From the UHGV virus genome UHGV-1843802: DNA of 19,288 bases. One strand, 5' to 3'. Made by a program: the position numbers and the translations under genes. This DNA comes from a virus. This document shows positions 16,262-19,288 of the stretch, in pieces; position 1 is the first letter of the stretch, and each line of letters starts with the position of its first letter. The notes below the pieces were generated by a model. It saw only the letters and a program-made list of their open reading frames with translations, had not been told where the DNA came from and made no database searches.

Positions 16262-16568
16262 TCTGGCTTTCCTCTCGTTGTTTGATTAGGTTGGCATTCA
16301 GTTCTGCTGTTTTGCGCTGGTACTCCTTTTCCAGTGCTTTAATTCTTTCGTTTTCGGTCAGCATGGCTGAGCGAGCGTTCTCACTTAACTGTAATGCGGT
16401 AGAAAGCGTGTTGTTCGTGCTTTCCAGTTGTGATTTTGAGTCTTCAAGCGATCGGACATACCTGATGTGTTCGATAACTGCCGTCGTTGTTCGGTAAATT
16501 CCAGAAATGGCTAAAAGCGCAATTACAATCAAAATTATCTTTTTCAAAACCATCCTCTCCAGGTTCAT
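16095..16568 (-). CDS. Putative i-spanin (Rz-like), 157 aa: one N-terminal transmembrane helix followed by a coiled coil
   Basis: N-terminal hydrophobic segment KKIILIVIALLAISGIY, then a long charged helical region (LEDSKSQLESTNNTLSTALQLSENARSAMLTENERIKALEKEYQRKTAELNANLIKQREESQNEITRLENALRRAG). The lipoprotein gene is embedded in and overlaps it. No ribosome-binding site at the ATG at 16568. Confidence 0.5.
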   Translation of the reverse strand: MNLERMVLKKIILIVIALLAISGIYRTTTAVIEHIRYVRSLEDSKSQLESTNNTLSTALQLSENARSAMLTENERIKALEKEYQRKTAELNANLIKQREESQNEITRLENALRRAGINDVRVPDDVIRMQRERAKAINQRASENYRRSHQQAAGKSD

Positions 16569-16623
16569 TTTTGGTGTTAAACATGTACCAATTTACATCC
16601 TTTTGTGTGCCTAAGTGGTGTTT

Positions 16624-17430
16624 CTATGGTTCCTTTTTGGTGTTCTTTTGGAGCGCATCGATAACGCCTTGTGGCATGATTAAACTGATTGCCGGACTCA
16701 TTACTGCATCATCCAGTAGAGAACCAGTTAACGTGATGGCGACAGCGTTCTCTAAACCTTTGGTTGCCTGAGTGGTTGACGTTTTAATGCGACCTGTAAG
16801 GGCTACGACACTCTCACTTGCTGAGTTAATTTCGGAGAGTAAAGCTTCGGCGGCTGTCACTGCTTCCCGTAAAGCATCAATTTCATCCTGAGTAATGACT
16901 GGAGCCTGAGCGCCCCCAGCACCACCCTGTCCACCATTGCTTTCACCACCACCAGCACTTCCGGCAGCTTCAATTTTTGCGTTAATGGCGTTCATGGCGG
17001 TTTTCAGAGCATCAAGTTTTAGCGCCGTCAATGCGTCCGTCAGAGATTGCGGAATGGAAACATTCCCCATTCCCTCAACAAGGGCGAAAGCAGGTATGGG
17101 GGTCAGCTCGTTACCTTTTGCGTAGCATTCCCAGCCAATCTTCATCTGTAACAGCTCTGATGGTTTGGTGTATGGGGAAAGAGAATCAGCCAGTAATGAA
17201 GACGCTTTGCTGGCCTCATTGAGCTGTTCAGAAAAGCCAAGCAATTGAGTAGTCCAGGCCGAAACAGAATCAGGATAGGTTTTATCGGCGTGAACTATTC
17301 CCTGTATGGCGCTGGCGAGCGATGAGGCTTTTACAGAAGCTGCCCGGCTTATGGTTATAGATTCTGGTGTAGAGATACCGGCATCTGACAGAATTTTGAA
17401 GGCTTTAACTTCACCTATTGAATCAAGCAT
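16624..17430 (-). CDS. Hypothetical protein, 268 aa, Ala/Ser/Leu-rich and predicted helical with a Gly-rich linker (AAGSAGGGESNGGQGGAGGAQAP); translationally coupled to the upstream PAAR-like gene
   Basis: The ATG at 17430 overlaps the PAAR-like gene stop (TAATG). The track's longer 301-aa version would start inside the PAAR-like gene in another frame. No catalytic motif and no transmembrane segment. Confidence 0.55.
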   Translation of the reverse strand: MLDSIGEVKAFKILSDAGISTPESITISRAASVKASSLASAIQGIVHADKTYPDSVSAWTTQLLGFSEQLNEASKASSLLADSLSPYTKPSELLQMKIGWECYAKGNELTPIPAFALVEGMGNVSIPQSLTDALTALKLDALKTAMNAINAKIEAAGSAGGGESNGGQGGAGGAQAPVITQDEIDALREAVTAAEALLSEINSASESVVALTGRIKTSTTQATKGLENAVAITLTGSLLDDAVMSPAISLIMPQGVIDALQKNTKKEP

Positions 17431-17714
17431 TATGCAACCTGAAAAATATCCTCGCCGTTGGCGATAACAGAACCACAAGAAAGCGGATCGCCTACACAGA
17501 CAACTCCCTTTCCACCTATCGAAAACCATACTCGCGTCGATACAGCTGCCCCTGGATGTGCACTGTTACCGTCAGTGTGACTGGGAAACATGGCACCATC
17601 TACAACAACTGGCTTACCGTTAACGGTGAACCAGGGAACAGTTTCAGCTACCAGTCGCGGCGGAAATCCTCCGTGACCAGAACAAAGGGTGTCGCTGGTG
17701 GCTATTGCGCTCAT
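17430..17714 (-). CDS. PAAR-like domain protein, 94 aa (putative tail-spike tip protein)
   Basis: ATG at 17714 with a near-consensus ribosome-binding site (AGGAGGT, 6-nt spacer) on the minus strand. The sequence CSGHGG...TVNGKPVVVDGAMF...HPGAAVS...SIGGKGVVCVGDPLSCGSVIANG follows the pattern of PAAR-repeat domains (HGG, then NGKP-AAR-GD, repeated, with conserved Cys and Gly). The motifs are divergent, so this is a provisional call. Confidence 0.55.
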   Translation of the reverse strand: MSAIATSDTLCSGHGGFPPRLVAETVPWFTVNGKPVVVDGAMFPSHTDGNSAHPGAAVSTRVWFSIGGKGVVCVGDPLSCGSVIANGEDIFQVA

Positions 17715-17799
17715 TCTTCACCTCCTGGTTATCCTCCTATTGTCATCACTTTGTTATTTCGTCATTCAAACTGAGAGTTAAATTTCGGAATATTTTTGT

Positions 17800-17953
17800 A
17801 TTCTCAATTCATTCTCAAATAAATCTCACTGTCAGACCATCATTCATTGGGTGATTAAGATATTCTCAAAATGAACTCAATAAGCGCTCTTTTTATCTCG
17901 TTTGGTGTGGATTTTTGGGTGCTTCTCTTTTAAAATTACATTTTGATTCTCAA
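17800..17953 (+). promoter_or_regulatory. parC-like centromere and promoter region: repeated ATTCTCAA motifs, three of them in tandem at 11-bp spacing, upstream of parM
   Basis: ATTCTCAA at 17800-17807, 17811-17818, 17862-17869 and 17946-17953; the degenerate AATCTCAC at 17822-17829 continues the 11-bp phase. R1 parC is built of 11-bp direct repeats bound by ParR. The region also serves as the divergent promoter region for the PAAR-like operon. Confidence 0.5.
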
Positions 17954-17979
17954 ATGTGTCTCAGAAGTGGAGCAAGAAG

Positions 17980-18936
17980 ATGCGCATTTTTATCGATGAT
18001 GGTTCAACCAATATCAAAATGCTGTGGGAGCACGACGGGGAAACTCGCACTCACATCAGCCCTAACAGCTTTAAGCGCGGATGGTCAGCAACATTTGGTG
18101 CTGGCAAGCCGTTTAACTATGTCATTGACGACGAAAAGTATTCGTATGATTTGATCTCGCCAGATGTTCTGCCGACGAATAACGTGGAATGGCAATACAG
18201 CCCGCTTAACGTCCTGGCTGTTCACCATGCCCTGCTGACAAGTGGCATTGAGCCGCAGGAAGTAGAAATTGTGGTCACGCTGCCTCTGGCGGAGTTTTAC
18301 GACGTCGACGCGCAATACAATCTCGATAACATCGAGCGCAAGAAAGCCAGCCTTATGCGCCCCGTCACGCTGAATAAAGGCAATGTGTTCACGATTAAGA
18401 AAGTTACGGTACGCCCGGAGTCTATTCCGGCAGGAATTGGCCTGTGCGACAATCTGAACCCTGCCCATTCTGTTCTTATCGTCGATTTGGGTGGAACTAC
18501 CCTTGATGTTTCAATGGTCGCCGGGCAAATGACGGCAGTTTCCCGTGTTTTTGGCGATTCGAATCTTGGTGTATCACTGGTCACCAGGGAAGTAAGGCAA
18601 GCACTTGCCAGAGCCAATACCGAAACGTCAAATTACAATGTCGATCAGCTCATTATTAACCGCCACGATGAAGATTATCTGAACGACAATATCAATGACC
18701 CATCAGCGATTGGTGATGTGAAAAAGGCCATTGCCGCAAGCATTGACCGTCTGCGTACCCGCGTTCTTGATGTGATTGGCGACTTTAAAGGATATACGCA
18801 TGTCATGGTGATCGGTGGTGGCGCACCGCTGGTGGCAGATGCAATTCGCGAGCAAGTTAATATTCGTGATGACCGTTTCTTCGTGGCGGATGACCCGCAA
18901 CTTGCTCTTGTTCATGGCCTGAAAGCAATCGGTTAA
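17980..18936 (+). CDS. parM: ParM, actin-like plasmid segregation ATPase (type II partition), 318 aa
   Basis: ATG at 17980 with a GGAG ribosome-binding site about 8 nt upstream; the track's GTG at 17956 is less likely. The N-terminus MRIFIDDGSTNIKMLW and the motifs HISPNSFKR, NVLAVHHALLTSG, ESIPAG, DLGGTTLDVS, GDSNLGVSLVT and GYTHVMVIGGGA match recalled R1 ParM (StbA). Confidence 0.9.
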   Translation: MRIFIDDGSTNIKMLWEHDGETRTHISPNSFKRGWSATFGAGKPFNYVIDDEKYSYDLISPDVLPTNNVEWQYSPLNVLAVHHALLTSGIEPQEVEIVVTLPLAEFYDVDAQYNLDNIERKKASLMRPVTLNKGNVFTIKKVTVRPESIPAGIGLCDNLNPAHSVLIVDLGGTTLDVSMVAGQMTAVSRVFGDSNLGVSLVTREVRQALARANTETSNYNVDQLIINRHDEDYLNDNINDPSAIGDVKKAIAASIDRLRTRVLDVIGDFKGYTHVMVIGGGAPLVADAIREQVNIRDDRFFVADDPQLALVHGLKAIG

Positions 18937-18949
18937 CGAGGTAATGTCC

Positions 18950-19288
18950 ATGTCTCAGGAACGTAAGAAAGTGATGATTTATCTTCGCCCAGAGGCTTAT
19001 GCCAATGAAAAGGCGGCGAGCGAGAAGATAAAAAAACATAGCGATATGGCAAGAACCGCATTGTTGGCAGGGCTTGCGCTGGGAGAAGTCGATAGCAGGC
19101 TTCCAGGATTACTGGCTTCCCTGCTGACCGAAGACAATAACCCGGAGCTGATCCGAAAAATGCTGGCATCCTTCCTGGAACTACCAGCTGCGGTTGAGGA
19201 GCGCCCTGCCTCCATTGAGCCAGTGAAGGAGCAAGTTGTTGCCAAAAGCGCGTCGGCGCGCAATCTGGCTGACTCTCTACCTGATTGA
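18950..19288 (+). CDS. parR: ParR-like centromere-binding adaptor, about 112 aa; complete, with its stop at the window end
   Basis: Located 8-14 nt after parM. The segment ARTALLAGLALGEVDSRLPGLLASLL resembles recalled R1 ParR (RAALTAGLALYRQDPRTPFLLCELL). ATG at 18950 (GAGG 9 nt upstream) is preferred over ATG at 18944. Confidence 0.7.
   Translation: MSQERKKVMIYLRPEAYANEKAASEKIKKHSDMARTALLAGLALGEVDSRLPGLLASLLTEDNNPELIRKMLASFLELPAAVEERPASIEPVKEQVVAKSASARNLADSLPD

Noticed and set aside
16156-16771. Plus-strand ORFs (113 and 94 aa) over the spanin-like region
   Set aside because: They are antisense to the i-spanin-like gene and the 268-aa gene. I also searched this area for a small holin-like ORF with transmembrane segments and found none.
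16624-17529. Long (301-aa) version of the gene downstream of the PAAR-like gene
   Set aside because: The extra 33 codons overlap the PAAR-like gene in another frame. The ATG at 17430, overlapping the PAAR-like stop as TAATG, is the credible start.
18085-18617. Minus-strand ORFs (127 and 106 aa) inside parM
   Set aside because: They are antisense to a confidently identified ParM coding region.

Overview
The window reads as a segment of an extrachromosomal temperate phage (a phage-plasmid), with no rRNA, tRNA or CRISPR array seen. Most of it (675-14915) is a minus-strand structural operon: a capsid-like 565-aa gene, an Ig-like 92-aa gene, a sheath-like 552-aa gene, several virion proteins, a 1260-aa tape-measure-like gene and two baseplate-like genes. 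That operon is altered in two places: a partial IS2 copy (1-674) truncates the distal baseplate-like gene, and a plus-strand iteron replicon with an F RepE-like initiator (6396-7770) sits between two blocks of tail genes. The right-hand 4.4 kb holds a plus-strand two-gene accessory operon (15074-15941), an overlapped spanin-like pair, a PAAR-like gene translationally coupled to an unknown 268-aa gene, and a ParM/ParR partition cassette with 11-bp parC-like repeats. The best candidates for something undescribed are the two-gene accessory operon and the PAAR-like/268-aa pair; both are unassigned by eye and need database and structure searches. All family assignments are from reading the translations and recalling reference proteins, not from searches. 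Several genes appear to use GTG/TTG starts preceded by GGAGG-type ribosome-binding sites.
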